IMG/VR virus record: IMGVR_UViG_3300045988_166195
Location: 32,001-96,000 of that record
From: a virus
Direction: 5' to 3' (one strand)
Length of the DNA: 64,000 nucleotides
Position 1 is the stretch's first letter. The number at the start of each line of letters is the position of its first letter. Below are positions 26,075 to 35,640 of the stretch, piece after piece. The notes beneath the pieces were generated by a model. The model worked only from the letters and a program-made list of their open reading frames with translations. It did not search any database and had not been told where the DNA came from. The translations under genes were made by a program, and so were the position numbers.

Positions 26075-28414
26075 GTGTCGATACCGATGAGCTTGAAGCA
26101 GAGCATTGTTGTTGTCAACGAGTTCAGTGTGCCAACCCCAGGCTCGGGCAAGCATGGTGGTTCTCGTGGTGGCACACCCGGTGCTTACGTGATGCGCTAT
26201 ATGGCTCGTAAAGGCGCAACTGAGCCTGTGACGCCTATTCGTCGACGCAACACCGAGGATTTCATCCTGCGTTACATGGCACGAGAGAGCGCCACAGAAA
26301 AAGCCGTGTCGAGGCATCAGCTCAAAGACAACGTGCTGCATGTGTCCGGTCAAGGCGGCGTTGCATTCGGTTATGGTCAGCCGTCGTTGTCTGATGAAGG
26401 CGTGCGCCGTGCCAGTGCTGACATTCAGCGTTTGTTCGACAAGGGGCACACGGTGATGAAAACCGTGCTGTCTTTCAGCCCTGAGTATCTTCAGGAGACG
26501 GGCGTCGTCCCCAAGGGCTTCGTCGCACAGAACAAGGGCGATTACCGAGGTCATATCGACCAGATGCGTCTGCGTATGGCAATCATGCATGGTTTGGAGC
26601 GTATGGGGCATCGTTTTGATGACCTGCGCTACGTGGGCGTTATTCAGGTTGATACGTTGCATGTTCACTGCCACCTTGCCATGGTTGATGCTGGGCTCGG
26701 TCGACGTGTGCGTACAGAGAAGGGCATGCAACAGAAGGGTAAGCTCACCAGCACGGATATATCGCTCTTGCGACGCGGTGTTGACTCGTGGCTTGATGAG
26801 AACCAGCATGTGGCACACATGTCCAGTGCCGTGGGCTATGAGCGCATGAACGTTGCTGCGTTCGTGAAGCGTTGGGCTCATGAGAAGGTGCTCGATGAGT
26901 CACTACCCCAGTTGTTGTTGGCGTGTCTGCCTGCTGACAAGACGCTGTGGCGTTACGGGTCTCATCGACCGGAGATGCGACGTGCGAACAGTGTTGCGAC
27001 AGAGCTCGTCACTGAGTTGCTCGATCGCCTTGGTTCCCCCATGGGATCAGCCATGATCGCTGTGGAGACATATGCGAACCGTCGTGCTCATCGCGAAGGT
27101 CTGAGCGATCAGGAGAAACGAGCGTTGATTCGTCGTGGCCATGAGACGATTATGGAGCGCAGCGTCAATGGTCTGTACCAAGTGTTGCAATCTCTTCCAC
27201 CTGAGGCTCTTTCCGTGCGTACGCCGATGCTCACTGTGATGAGCCAGGATGTGGAGACGCTCATGGCAACGCAATCTCAGCGCATGAAGACCCAGGCTCA
27301 GGGTATGAGCGTTGATGATGATCTAGTGGGATTCTCACTGCGCCTTCGATCGTATGGAGCTCGTCTACGGGAACATGATACACAGCGTGAGTATTGGCGT
27401 ATGCGTGCTGCTGACTGGGAAGCCGGTCTTCAGGCAGGCGCAGTGTCCCCACAGTCCGAGGTGATGCACAAGCTGTATCTGGAGGAAGAGGAATACCACG
27501 CTCGTTGCGTCAGTAAGTACCGATCGTTGCTCGGGCCACTAGCGGTAGGTGTTGACGGGCAGCGTCAGGATGACGACTCGTGGAAAGACGTGTTGGAGTC
27601 GGTGGATAAGCGACGCGAAGCAGTCGTTGGTCTCGAAGCTCTGCTGGCAGATCGCTCGATTCCGAAGATGAAGGATGCTGATGAAGCTGAAAAGCTTGGT
27701 GTTGCTGCTCACGGCGTGAGCGGTGGACGCTTGCTGGTAGCTGGTGGGAAAGCTGGACGGACCACTTTGAAGCAACGCTTGGAGCGTGCTCGCGCATCGC
27801 TGGCTTCCCGAACAGCCGATCTTGTGTCGATGCTGTCCGGGAAAGGACTTGTATTGCAAGCGATACAAGACGATGCGCGCGAGGATGATCAAGGTAAGCA
27901 AAGCGATGCTGTCACCGTGGTTCCAGGGGAGCGATGGGCGTTGTCTCAGACGAAGGGTATGGATCTGCACGACGTGCGTTCCGATACTGTTGTCGACATG
28001 GCGCTTGGTCGCCATGTTGCCGATCGGTTCGTTACCTGGGCGCGCAGAAGGCGACAGCTTGTTGATGACGCTCAGGCGTATCTGCATGAGTCTGGTCAGG
28101 AAGACATTGTCGAGATGGTTCTTCCCCTCGATGATGTACGGCGTATGAATCGTGTTGCTGATGATCTGGAACGCCAGATGTCAGCGAAGAAGACCGGGGA
28201 TCTCATTCTCACGAGTGCTCTTAGTGATGTGGTGCCAGTAGCGAAACGTATTCGCCGTAGCGCAACAGTGACGTTTGATGAGGGTCTTGCCGGTATTGTT
28301 CGTGAGAACACATGGCGCGAGACTGAGCGTTTGGTGCCTCAACTGGAACAGGTGTTGGAAGAGAGCGACACGCAGTCTTCTGATGCCTCGATGGATTCCA
28401 TGGAATTGGGATGA
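26075..28414 (+). CDS. Conjugative relaxase (MOB family, MOBP/MOBQ-like histidine cluster) with a long C-terminal domain
   Basis: 3-His motif GVIQVDTLHVHCHLAMVD (compare the relaxase HxDxxxxHxHxH motif). N-terminal candidate catalytic Tyr motifs are duplicated: AYVMRYMARKGATE and FILRYMARESATE. It is positioned next to the coupling protein and the T4SS genes. The start could be ATG 26087. The 283-aa antisense ORF is a shadow. Confidence 0.55.
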   Translation: MSIPMSLKQSIVVVNEFSVPTPGSGKHGGSRGGTPGAYVMRYMARKGATEPVTPIRRRNTEDFILRYMARESATEKAVSRHQLKDNVLHVSGQGGVAFGYGQPSLSDEGVRRASADIQRLFDKGHTVMKTVLSFSPEYLQETGVVPKGFVAQNKGDYRGHIDQMRLRMAIMHGLERMGHRFDDLRYVGVIQVDTLHVHCHLAMVDAGLGRRVRTEKGMQQKGKLTSTDISLLRRGVDSWLDENQHVAHMSSAVGYERMNVAAFVKRWAHEKVLDESLPQLLLACLPADKTLWRYGSHRPEMRRANSVATELVTELLDRLGSPMGSAMIAVETYANRRAHREGLSDQEKRALIRRGHETIMERSVNGLYQVLQSLPPEALSVRTPMLTVMSQDVETLMATQSQRMKTQAQGMSVDDDLVGFSLRLRSYGARLREHDTQREYWRMRAADWEAGLQAGAVSPQSEVMHKLYLEEEEYHARCVSKYRSLLGPLAVGVDGQRQDDDSWKDVLESVDKRREAVVGLEALLADRSIPKMKDADEAEKLGVAAHGVSGGRLLVAGGKAGRTTLKQRLERARASLASRTADLVSMLSGKGLVLQAIQDDAREDDQGKQSDAVTVVPGERWALSQTKGMDLHDVRSDTVVDMALGRHVADRFVTWARRRRQLVDDAQAYLHESGQEDIVEMVLPLDDVRRMNRVADDLERQMSAKKTGDLILTSALSDVVPVAKRIRRSATVTFDEGLAGIVRENTWRETERLVPQLEQVLEESDTQSSDASMDSMELG

Positions 28415-28541
28415 GATTCGCCTTGACATCCAGAGTTTCTCTCGTTTATGATGAGAGAGCGCTACACGGGACAAGCCCGTGTATGTGAGAGGGCTGATTA
28501 ACCCTCGACCGACATCCTGCGGGATGAGATAAGAAAGGAGG

Positions 28542-29114
28542 GTGGTCATTATGGCTACTCTACGTGGTAAGGGTTCGATGAAGTCGGTGGAACTGGTCGT
28601 TGTGGAGTATCCCAACGCTCATTCCAAGGATGGCAAGCGTGCCTTCCTCGACGTGATGGTTCGACCTGTTGAGGGTGCTGCCCCTCAGCGAGTTCCTCAC
28701 CTGGTTTCGACCAAGAAGGAACTCGACGGTAAGACCGTCTACGATCATCAGGCTGGCTACAGCGCTTCTCAGCGCGATGCGTTCGTTGCAGCTGCGGGCG
28801 ATAACATCGTCCAGATGCCGGAGCGCAACGGTCGACCTGGTCCGACTGTTTACGCCATTCAGGCGGATGTCATGTCCGCTTCTGGCAAGCAGACCGGCTT
28901 GGTCATCAACTCTAAGACGGTGAAGCCGTCCGAGTTGGAGCCGATCGACGAGAACATTCTCGATACGATCTACGCCGCTTCCAAGGCTGCTGCTGAGGCC
29001 GACAAGGCCCGCAAGGCTGCTGAGAAGGAGGCGCAGAACGAGGCTGCCGCCGAGGCCCAGGTTTCCGAGCCTGAGGTCGAAGAGGTTGCCGAGATCGACG
29101 AGCCTGAGTTCTGA
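28542..29114 (+). CDS. Hypothetical acidic-tailed protein ending in ...EIDEPEF (possible single-strand-binding or relaxosome accessory role is speculative)
   Basis: AGGAGGG Shine-Dalgarno (gaaaggagggtggtcattATG). Beta-rich N-terminal domain (MKSVELVVVEYPNAHSKDGKRAFLDVMVRPVEG). Ala/Glu-rich linker (AAEADKARKAAEKEAQNEAAAEAQ). The terminal D-E-P-E-F is reminiscent of the acidic SSB tip. Confidence 0.5.
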   Translation: MVIMATLRGKGSMKSVELVVVEYPNAHSKDGKRAFLDVMVRPVEGAAPQRVPHLVSTKKELDGKTVYDHQAGYSASQRDAFVAAAGDNIVQMPERNGRPGPTVYAIQADVMSASGKQTGLVINSKTVKPSELEPIDENILDTIYAASKAAAEADKARKAAEKEAQNEAAAEAQVSEPEVEEVAEIDEPEF

Positions 29115-29135
29115 TCGAACCTGATCTTTCACGGT

Positions 29136-29168
29136 GCCGCCCCTGCTGGTTTTTCCAGTGGGGGCGGT
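29136..29168 (+). terminator. Rho-independent terminator
   Basis: CCGCCCCTGCTGG-tttttcc-CCAGTGGGGGCGG (one mismatch), followed by TTTCCTGTTTCTGCTCTGTTTCT. Confidence 0.55.
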
Positions 29169-29259
29169 TTCCTGTTTCTGCTCTGTTTCTATAGAAGTCA
29201 CTAACTATGCTAGAATGACTGGTACACCAGCCTAATCGATTGAAAGATGGAGGAAAGAT

Positions 29260-32200
29260 TTGTTTGATGATGAGCGTTTGAACGATAAGTACCCGATGCT
29301 GCGAGACTTTGCGGCTAAGCTTGCGCCGCCTGCTCGTGACATTGTGGGGCGAGAGAGCGAGAAGATCTCGCTCATGAGCTCCCTGGCTCGTCCTGAGATG
29401 TGTAACGTGATCTTGCTGGCCCCGCCTGGCACCGGTAAAGCTCACCCGAATGATGAGTTGATCCCTGTTGCCGATGAGCGTGGATATGTCCGTGTTGGTT
29501 TGCTCAAGGTGGGCGATCGTGTCTTTGATGAGCACGGTGAGCCTGTGACCGTGACGGGTGTGTTTCCTCAGGGGATCAAGCGTGAGTACGTCGTGGTGAC
29601 GAACCATGGCGACCGTGTGCGCTGCAACGATGAGCACCTGTGGACGGTGCGATCGGTTGGTGATGCAGAAGGTGTGCAGCAAACGATGTCACTGCGTGAG
29701 ATCATGGACGCGGGACTTATTGGTTCCGATGGCGCACCCATCTGGCAGCTTCCTGCTTCTGGTGCGCTTGTGCGACAGAGCCGTCTTCTCCCGGTTGACC
29801 CTTATGTGTGTGGTGCGCTGCTGGGCTGGGGCGTTCGCATCGATGAGCGTGGGTACGTGACCATTCCTCATGAGATGCCCGATGAAGTTTTTGTTGCTAT
29901 CGAGGACCACATGGGGTGGGAGCGTGTGTATGGCAGTGGTGACAGTGTTGAGCGTTCGACGTTTATCAACCGTGCGACAGGTAAGCGTCTGACACCTGAT
30001 GAGGTGATGACTCATCCGGTGATGACGAGTGTCATCGTTAAGCCGGAGGATCAGCGTCATATTCCGTACACGTACATCACCAGCTCGGTGAAGGATCGAG
30101 AGACTGTGCTACGAGCGCTGCGAGACAGTGAGTCGTACCGTTTGTCCCAAGGGACTGCATGGGTTGTTGATGCTGATATGCATGAGCTAGAGCGTTCTCT
30201 CGATGTGACTGGCGATATGATCGCTGAGGTGATCGACACCGATCGCGAGATTGAGATGACGTGCATCATGGTCGACTCTGAGACACACCTGTATCAGGTG
30301 GGTCGAGGCCATGTTGTCACGCACAACACGGTGCTCGTGCAGTCCTGTATGCAAGATGATCCAGAGCGTATTTACCTGGAAGTCGACATGGCAAAGATGA
30401 TCGCTGACTTGTCGAACCCTGAAGAGATGGCTGCGCGCTTGAAGGCTCTGTTTGATGAGGCTGAGAGTTTTTCTAGGTCCGAAGGTCGAGAGATCGTGCT
30501 GTTCATCGACGAGTTCCACCAGGTGGTGCAGCTGTCTGCTGCTGCCGTGGAAGCGTTGAAGCCGTTGCTTGCTGCTTCTGGATCTCGGGGTATTAAGGTT
30601 ATCGCTGCGACCACGTATGACGAGTTCAACGCTCATATCGCATCGAATCTGCCGCTTGTTGAGCGTCTCGCGCGCATTAACATTCCTCAGACGAATCGTG
30701 AGGTGACGATCGCCATCCTGAAGGGTATGGCGAAGAAGTACGGTGTCGATGAGGGGATCTTTGATGATGCTCTGTATGAGCAGATCTTTGAGTACACGAA
30801 CAGGTACGTTCCTGCCTCTGTGCAGCCTCGTAAGTCGATCCGTGTGCTCGATGCCATGGTTGGTCGTCATCGGTATCTGGGCGAGCGTATGGACAAGACG
30901 CTGTTGGCAACCGTGCTGAAGATTGAGTTCGGTGTTGAAGTGGAGATCGATGTCAATGCTGCTGAGATCAAGGCTGAGCTGGATAAGCGAGTGTTTAGTC
31001 AGGACTTTGCCACCACGTCGATTGCTCGTCGACTCCAGTTGTGCGTCGCTGGTCTGAATGACCAGAGCAAGCCTATGTCATCGCTGTTGTTCACCGGAGC
31101 GACAGGTGTGGGCAAAGCCACCACAGATTCTACTCGTGTACCAGTCTTTTCTGAGGACGGTTCTGTGGCATGGAAACTTGCTGGTGACCTTGTTGCCGGT
31201 GACTACGTGTTTGCTCGCGATGGCTCTCCGACGAAGGTACTCGGGGTGTTCCCTCAGGGGGAACGCGACGTGTATCGAGTGACAATGGGGGATGGGCGCA
31301 TTCTTGATGTGTCTGACAATCATCTGTGGGCGGTTTACCCAAATCGGCAATCGCGTGAGCAAGGTCCAACAATCTATTCGACCGAAACTCTGATGAACAA
31401 GGGTATCGTGTCGAAGTTGAACAATGGTCGTCAGGGGATGAAGTATGTTGTTCCAATGAATAAGCCAGTTCAGTGGCCTACGGTTGATCTCCCTGTGGAT
31501 CCTTACGCACTTGGAGCTTTGATTGCCAATGGTTCGCTCACTGAGAAGGCGCTTGCCATCTCTTCGGATGATGAGGAAACGGTTGCTCGCGTTGGTCAAG
31601 CTATTGGTGCTGCGTCATGGGATCAGAATGGTAACAATTACTCTTGGTACTTCGGTACAGGAGAGGTATGGGGCGATGACATGAAGCGACGGATTCAGCT
31701 CGCGGATGTGTTTGTCGGTTCGCTTTCTGAACTGATTGGTGTGAAGTCGCCTCAGCGATTTATCCCTGAGCAGTATCTACATTCGTCAATCGAGCAGCGA
31801 TGGGCGTTGGTTCAAGGGTTGTTCGATTGCGATGGCTCGATTGGTGCGCGTGATGGTGGTCGTTACAACGTTTCGTATGCTACGGCTTCGAAGCGTTTGG
31901 CCGAGGATGTTCGCATTCTTCTGTTCTCCCTTGGGGTGCCGTGTTCCGTTAACCAGCATGTGCGCGAAAGGAACGGTAATACCCAGGTTGAGTATGAGGT
32001 TCATGTGAAGGCTCATAACTCGGATAAGCATCTCTTTTTCCGTCTCGATCGAAAGAAGAGCCTTGCCATCAAGGCTCAATCTGTGGCAAAACAGCGAGAG
32101 AAAAAGTTCGATTATGTCGGCATTCGTTCTATCGAAAAACTCGATACGAAAGAGAGCATGACGTGTATCTACGTCGACAATGACGAGCACCTGTATCAGG

Positions 32201-33033
32201 CTGGTGATTTCATCGTCACGCACAACACTGAGATCACTAAGCAGCTCGCAAAGATTCTTTTCGGTGACGATCAGCGTCACCTCATCCGTTTCGACATGTC
32301 GGAATGGGGCCGTGACGACAGCGTGGATCTGTTCCGTGAAGAGCTCTCGCGTCAAGTGTGGGCAACCAGCCATTGCGTGTTGCTCTTTGATGAGATCGAG
32401 AAGGCGTCCCCGCTTGTTGTGCGTTTGCTGCTTCAGGTGCTCGATGACGGTCGACTCTCGGATAAGGACGGGCGACAGGTGTCGTTCCTAAACACCTATA
32501 TCGTGTTGACGACAAACGCTGGTTCGGAGATCTACCGCACCATCGGTGAGTACAACGCTGATGATCACGGTAGTGAGGCCAGCATGCGTGAGTATGAGAA
32601 GGTCATCGAAGAGTCGATCAAGAGCACCGATGGTGGTAAGTTCCCACCTGAGCTCCTGGGACGTATTGATGCGATCGTGCCGTTCCAGCCGTTGTCGCGG
32701 CCTACGTTGCGCAAGATCATGATGAAGAAGTTGAGTGCTCTCAAGGCTGATGTGAAGCGTAAGCACGGTATCGATCTGACGATCGATAAGCGTGTTGTCG
32801 ACTTTCTGGTGGAAGACGAATCGCGTAGTGACTCTGATGCTGGTGGTGCACGTGACATGGTGCGTCGCATGCAGCGTTACCTTTCGACGGAAGTCGCAGC
32901 GTTCATCAATGAACATCCCGAGGAACGTGTGATCGCAGCCAAGATCGATGGCACGTTGCGTAGCGAAGATGTGACGATCTTGAAATCTGATGCTCGTGTG
33001 GTGGTCTTGCCATACGACAAGCCACGGGCTTAG
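29260..33033 (+). CDS. Clp/Hsp100-family double AAA+ ATPase (ClpA/B/C-like, no N-domain, short linker) interrupted by two inteins, one in each Walker A
   Basis: TTG start after GGAGGAAAG. D1 exteins: GRESEKISLMSSLARPEMCNVILLAPPGTGK | TVLVQSCMQD ... EIVLFIDEFHQV. D2 exteins: MSSLLFTGATGVGK | TEITKQLAKILFGDDQRHLIRFDMSEWG ... CVLLFDEIEKA. Both align to ClpB GEPGVGKTAIVEGLA and GPTGVGKTELAKALA contexts recalled from memory. The spliced extein is about 591 aa, close to the intein-free paralog at 58411-60285 (624 aa). Confidence 0.7.
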   Translation: MFDDERLNDKYPMLRDFAAKLAPPARDIVGRESEKISLMSSLARPEMCNVILLAPPGTGKAHPNDELIPVADERGYVRVGLLKVGDRVFDEHGEPVTVTGVFPQGIKREYVVVTNHGDRVRCNDEHLWTVRSVGDAEGVQQTMSLREIMDAGLIGSDGAPIWQLPASGALVRQSRLLPVDPYVCGALLGWGVRIDERGYVTIPHEMPDEVFVAIEDHMGWERVYGSGDSVERSTFINRATGKRLTPDEVMTHPVMTSVIVKPEDQRHIPYTYITSSVKDRETVLRALRDSESYRLSQGTAWVVDADMHELERSLDVTGDMIAEVIDTDREIEMTCIMVDSETHLYQVGRGHVVTHNTVLVQSCMQDDPERIYLEVDMAKMIADLSNPEEMAARLKALFDEAESFSRSEGREIVLFIDEFHQVVQLSAAAVEALKPLLAASGSRGIKVIAATTYDEFNAHIASNLPLVERLARINIPQTNREVTIAILKGMAKKYGVDEGIFDDALYEQIFEYTNRYVPASVQPRKSIRVLDAMVGRHRYLGERMDKTLLATVLKIEFGVEVEIDVNAAEIKAELDKRVFSQDFATTSIARRLQLCVAGLNDQSKPMSSLLFTGATGVGKATTDSTRVPVFSEDGSVAWKLAGDLVAGDYVFARDGSPTKVLGVFPQGERDVYRVTMGDGRILDVSDNHLWAVYPNRQSREQGPTIYSTETLMNKGIVSKLNNGRQGMKYVVPMNKPVQWPTVDLPVDPYALGALIANGSLTEKALAISSDDEETVARVGQAIGAASWDQNGNNYSWYFGTGEVWGDDMKRRIQLADVFVGSLSELIGVKSPQRFIPEQYLHSSIEQRWALVQGLFDCDGSIGARDGGRYNVSYATASKRLAEDVRILLFSLGVPCSVNQHVRERNGNTQVEYEVHVKAHNSDKHLFFRLDRKKSLAIKAQSVAKQREKKFDYVGIRSIEKLDTKESMTCIYVDNDEHLYQAGDFIVTHNTEITKQLAKILFGDDQRHLIRFDMSEWGRDDSVDLFREELSRQVWATSHCVLLFDEIEKASPLVVRLLLQVLDDGRLSDKDGRQVSFLNTYIVLTTNAGSEIYRTIGEYNADDHGSEASMREYEKVIEESIKSTDGGKFPPELLGRIDAIVPFQPLSRPTLRKIMMKKLSALKADVKRKHGIDLTIDKRVVDFLVEDESRSDSDAGGARDMVRRMQRYLSTEVAAFINEHPEERVIAAKIDGTLRSEDVTILKSDARVVVLPYDKPRA
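29440..30327 (+). mobile_element. Intein 1 (296 aa) in the D1 P-loop; Ala1 with a class 3-like Trp/Cys/Thr pattern; carries a LAGLIDADG homing-endonuclease domain
   Basis: Starts AHPNDELIPV (Ala1) right after GTGK. Block B: TNHGDRVRCNDEHLWTV (T..H and a conserved W). Blocks F/G: EMTCIMVDSETHLYQVGRGHVVTHN followed by +1 Thr. LAGLIDADG-like DPYVCGALLGWGV. The reconstituted P-loop reads GTGKT. Confidence 0.6.
31117..32226 (+). mobile_element. Intein 2 (370 aa) in the D2 P-loop; Ala1 with a class 3-like pattern; carries a LAGLIDADG homing-endonuclease domain
   Basis: Starts ATTDSTRVPVF after GVGK. Block B: SDNHLWAVY. LAGLIDADG motifs DPYALGALIANGS and LVQGLFDCDGSI. Blocks F/G: SMTCIYVDNDEHLYQAGDFIVTHN followed by +1 Thr. 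The reconstituted P-loop reads GVGKTEITKQLA. Confidence 0.6.
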
Positions 33034-33078
33034 TCATATCGAATCTGCTTGTATGCGAGCACATTTGGCACAAAGTGT

Positions 33079-33098
33079 GATACCCTCGTATACGAGTG
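33079..33098 (+). promoter_or_regulatory. Copy of the recurrent GATAcCCTCGTATACGAGTG motif upstream of the 33184 gene
   Basis: Same core (CTCGTATACGAG) as at 9691. Intergenic, about 90 nt upstream of the start codon. Confidence 0.35.
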
Positions 33099-33183
33099 CA
33101 AACACAGTGTGCTTGCCGGTACCTGCAAACATTCCCAATGATGCAGGTACCGGCTCACATACAACCGAATCGATCGAAAGGAT

Positions 33184-35466
33184 TTGTCTATGCTGTTTGG
33201 TAAGAAGGACGACACCAAGGTCGTCGACGAGCAGGTTGCGGTGGCTCCTGCTCTTGACAAGAAGGCTCAGAAGGCTGAGGCTAAGAAGGCCAAGGACTCT
33301 CTCGCGCTTGTCATCGATGAGACGGAGCCCGGTGCGGCTCTTGATTTGATCCGTAACAATGAGCAGTGGGCGCTCCCCAACGGTGCGAGCGTCATCCTGT
33401 CCCTCCCTGTTGATGCGCCCATCGAAGAAGGTGGCATCGGGGGTCTGGGCAAGGTCTCGTCTAAGGGCAACGAGGATAAGGGTTCGATTCTTCAGCGCAT
33501 TGCTGACGATAAGATTCAGGTATTTATGACGGAGGATATGCTCCGTCATAACATCCTGGGTATCATTCCGACGGAGCAGTCCCTCAGTGCCGAAGGTATG
33601 GGTGAATACACCCTCTTCGACAAGGCGATCTTCATGCTCACGTCTGTGAGTGTCGGTGCAGATGGTTTTCCCGTTGTGAACCCGGTTCATTACGATGAAC
33701 TGACGAAGACCATTGATGTTCCTGTTGGGGATGTCGATACGATCACTCTTGCTCAGGCGCAGGCTATCTCTTCTGGCGCTGTGTCTTTGACGACTCTGAT
33801 TCCCTCGCTGTGGCGTCGTCTGGGTGGCGAGGTTGACGCTGATTCGGTCGAGTCTGAGTCTGAGGATCTCGTTGAGGATATTCCTGCGCCGCCGTCGACT
33901 TCTGTGAACAACGTGAACGAGACTGATGAGTCTTTGGAGAATGTCGATAATCTGCCGGATTTCGACCCTGACGATATTCCAGATGAGCCTCTGGAAGACG
34001 ATCTTCCGTTCGATGAGGGCTCGTATGACGACGATGATTCTGACATTGAAGATCCGTTTAAAGATCTCGATGTCGAGTCTGACGTTGAGGCTACGGTTGC
34101 GACTGAGACCGAAGATGCAGCGGGTTCCATCCCTGCACCTGTCGTCGACAACCGCGTCTTCGACCGGGAGGCGGTGCGCAACACGATTGCCCGACGTTTC
34201 CTCGATGAGGATCTGGGCTTTGGTGTCGACATGACCCCGTTTGAGACTCTGTTCGGTCACGAGGCGGACGAGGCCAGCCGTTTCTCGCTGGATCACCTTG
34301 ACGGTGATAACTGGCTGGACAGCCAGATTAAGCTGCTGTCGCAGCAGGCCAACGATGCGTTGGCTGATCGTCGTCGTCGTGACATCAATGAGCTGCGTGA
34401 TCTCTACTTCTCGCTTGTCTCGAATACCGGCGACGAGATCGCCGCGAAGATGAGCACCGGACCTGGTGCTGACAATGTGTGGGCTCAGACGCTGGCTGAA
34501 GCCGATGGCAACGCCGAGAAGTCTCGTGAGAGCCTCGTGGACATCGTGGGTGCACAGCGTGCTGCCATTATGGCTAAGTATGAGAAGGAACGAGAAGAGC
34601 ATGCGCAGGCGCGCGCTATTGAGGCGAAGTCTCTCTACGACGTGCGGCACAAGCCCAGTCTCGATCGAGAACTGGCGGAGATTGAGCCAAATCTCCGGGC
34701 GACCATCGACGAGGATCACGCTCTTCGTCGTCGTCAGATTCTCGATGCGCGTAAGCAGTCTGCTCAGGCGTCGTTCGACGCAGCTCTTACTCGCGTGATG
34801 GATCACCTGATCCAGAAGCGCTCTGAGCAGGTCGCTCGTGAGGCAGAACTCATGGAGCAGTTCCGCGATGAGATGGGCGCGTTCCTTGACGAGAATCGCA
34901 AGGAAGACATCGCTCGCGCCGAAGCGCTGCAAGAGCAGCTGTCTCGACAGAATATTGTCGAGGAAAAGACGGCTGAGTTCGCCGCTCGTGAGAAGGAGCT
35001 GCGTGAGCAGATCGTGCGTGAGCGCGAGGAAGCTCAGAAGCGTTCTCTGGCTGCTCAGGAAGAGACGAACAAGCTCATTGAGCGTATGCGACTGGATCAC
35101 GAGGCTGCTTTGGCTCAGGCCAAGGCTGAGATTGAGCGTGCGAATGAGCGCACGAAGGAAGAAGCGGCTCGCGTGAACGTTGTTCGCGACGAGATCTCGC
35201 GTCAGTTCGAGAGCCAGGTGTCCTCTCTCCAGCTCGATAAGCAGCTGCTGATCGATCAGATGGATCGAGAAAGCGTTGTCGCTAAGCGTGCCAACCGTCT
35301 GTACATCGCTTTGGCGGTTCTGGTGGCGCTGGCGTTCCTCGCGCTCGGTGTCATCGCGGGCATTCTGCTGCACAGCACGCTGGGTGATGCGAACGCCGCA
35401 GCAGCGGCGATCGCTGATGTTTCTGCACAGGTGGTGACTAACAGCGCAACGTCGATCGGTGTGTAG
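33184..35466 (+). CDS. Large coiled-coil protein with an acidic middle region and a C-terminal TM anchor (T4SS-associated candidate)
   Basis: AAAGGA Shine-Dalgarno (atcgaaaggatttgtctATG). Acidic D/E-rich segment (DFDPDDIPDEPLEDDLPFDEGSYDDDDSDIEDPF). Long heptad-rich region (AREKELREQIVREREEAQKRSLAAQEETNKLIERMRLDHEAALAQAKAEIERANERTKEEA). C-terminal TM LYIALAVLVALAFLALGVIAGILL. The antisense 811-aa ORF (33034-35469) is an R/L/Q-rich shadow. Confidence 0.5.
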   Translation: MSMLFGKKDDTKVVDEQVAVAPALDKKAQKAEAKKAKDSLALVIDETEPGAALDLIRNNEQWALPNGASVILSLPVDAPIEEGGIGGLGKVSSKGNEDKGSILQRIADDKIQVFMTEDMLRHNILGIIPTEQSLSAEGMGEYTLFDKAIFMLTSVSVGADGFPVVNPVHYDELTKTIDVPVGDVDTITLAQAQAISSGAVSLTTLIPSLWRRLGGEVDADSVESESEDLVEDIPAPPSTSVNNVNETDESLENVDNLPDFDPDDIPDEPLEDDLPFDEGSYDDDDSDIEDPFKDLDVESDVEATVATETEDAAGSIPAPVVDNRVFDREAVRNTIARRFLDEDLGFGVDMTPFETLFGHEADEASRFSLDHLDGDNWLDSQIKLLSQQANDALADRRRRDINELRDLYFSLVSNTGDEIAAKMSTGPGADNVWAQTLAEADGNAEKSRESLVDIVGAQRAAIMAKYEKEREEHAQARAIEAKSLYDVRHKPSLDRELAEIEPNLRATIDEDHALRRRQILDARKQSAQASFDAALTRVMDHLIQKRSEQVAREAELMEQFRDEMGAFLDENRKEDIARAEALQEQLSRQNIVEEKTAEFAAREKELREQIVREREEAQKRSLAAQEETNKLIERMRLDHEAALAQAKAEIERANERTKEEAARVNVVRDEISRQFESQVSSLQLDKQLLIDQMDRESVVAKRANRLYIALAVLVALAFLALGVIAGILLHSTLGDANAAAAAIADVSAQVVTNSATSIGV

Positions 35467-35491
35467 CATCGATTACGTGATCGCATAGAAC

Positions 35492-35535
35492 AAGAGGTGC
35501 GGTGAGGGTTATCCTTGCCGCACCTCTTTTCTGTG
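35492..35535 (+). terminator. Rho-independent terminator
   Basis: AAGAGGTGCGG-tgagggttatccttg-CCGCACCTCTT, then TTCTGTGTCTCTG. Confidence 0.5.
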
Positions 35536-35640
35536 TCTCTGCGCTTCTGTTTCTGATATGATTAGGTTGGTGAATCAACCAAATCGAAAAGATGCAAGAA
35601 AGACGTAAGAGACAGAAGAGAAAGGTGAAAGGTGGTGCAT

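Noticed and set aside
26030-26881. 283-aa minus-strand ORF at the relaxase 5' region
   Set aside because: Antisense to the relaxase histidine-motif region, with shadow-type composition.
28440-28500. Short inverted repeat ACACGGG-acaag-CCCGTGT in the 5' region of the 28542 gene
   Set aside because: Only a 7-bp stem, inside a probable 5'-UTR. Too weak to call a terminator or operator with confidence.
33034-35469. 811-aa minus-strand ORF fully overlapping the 760-aa plus-strand gene
   Set aside because: R/L/Q/H-rich, low-complexity composition typical of antisense shadows in GC-rich DNA. The plus-strand frame has a Shine-Dalgarno, a coiled-coil region and a C-terminal TM, and is followed by a terminator.
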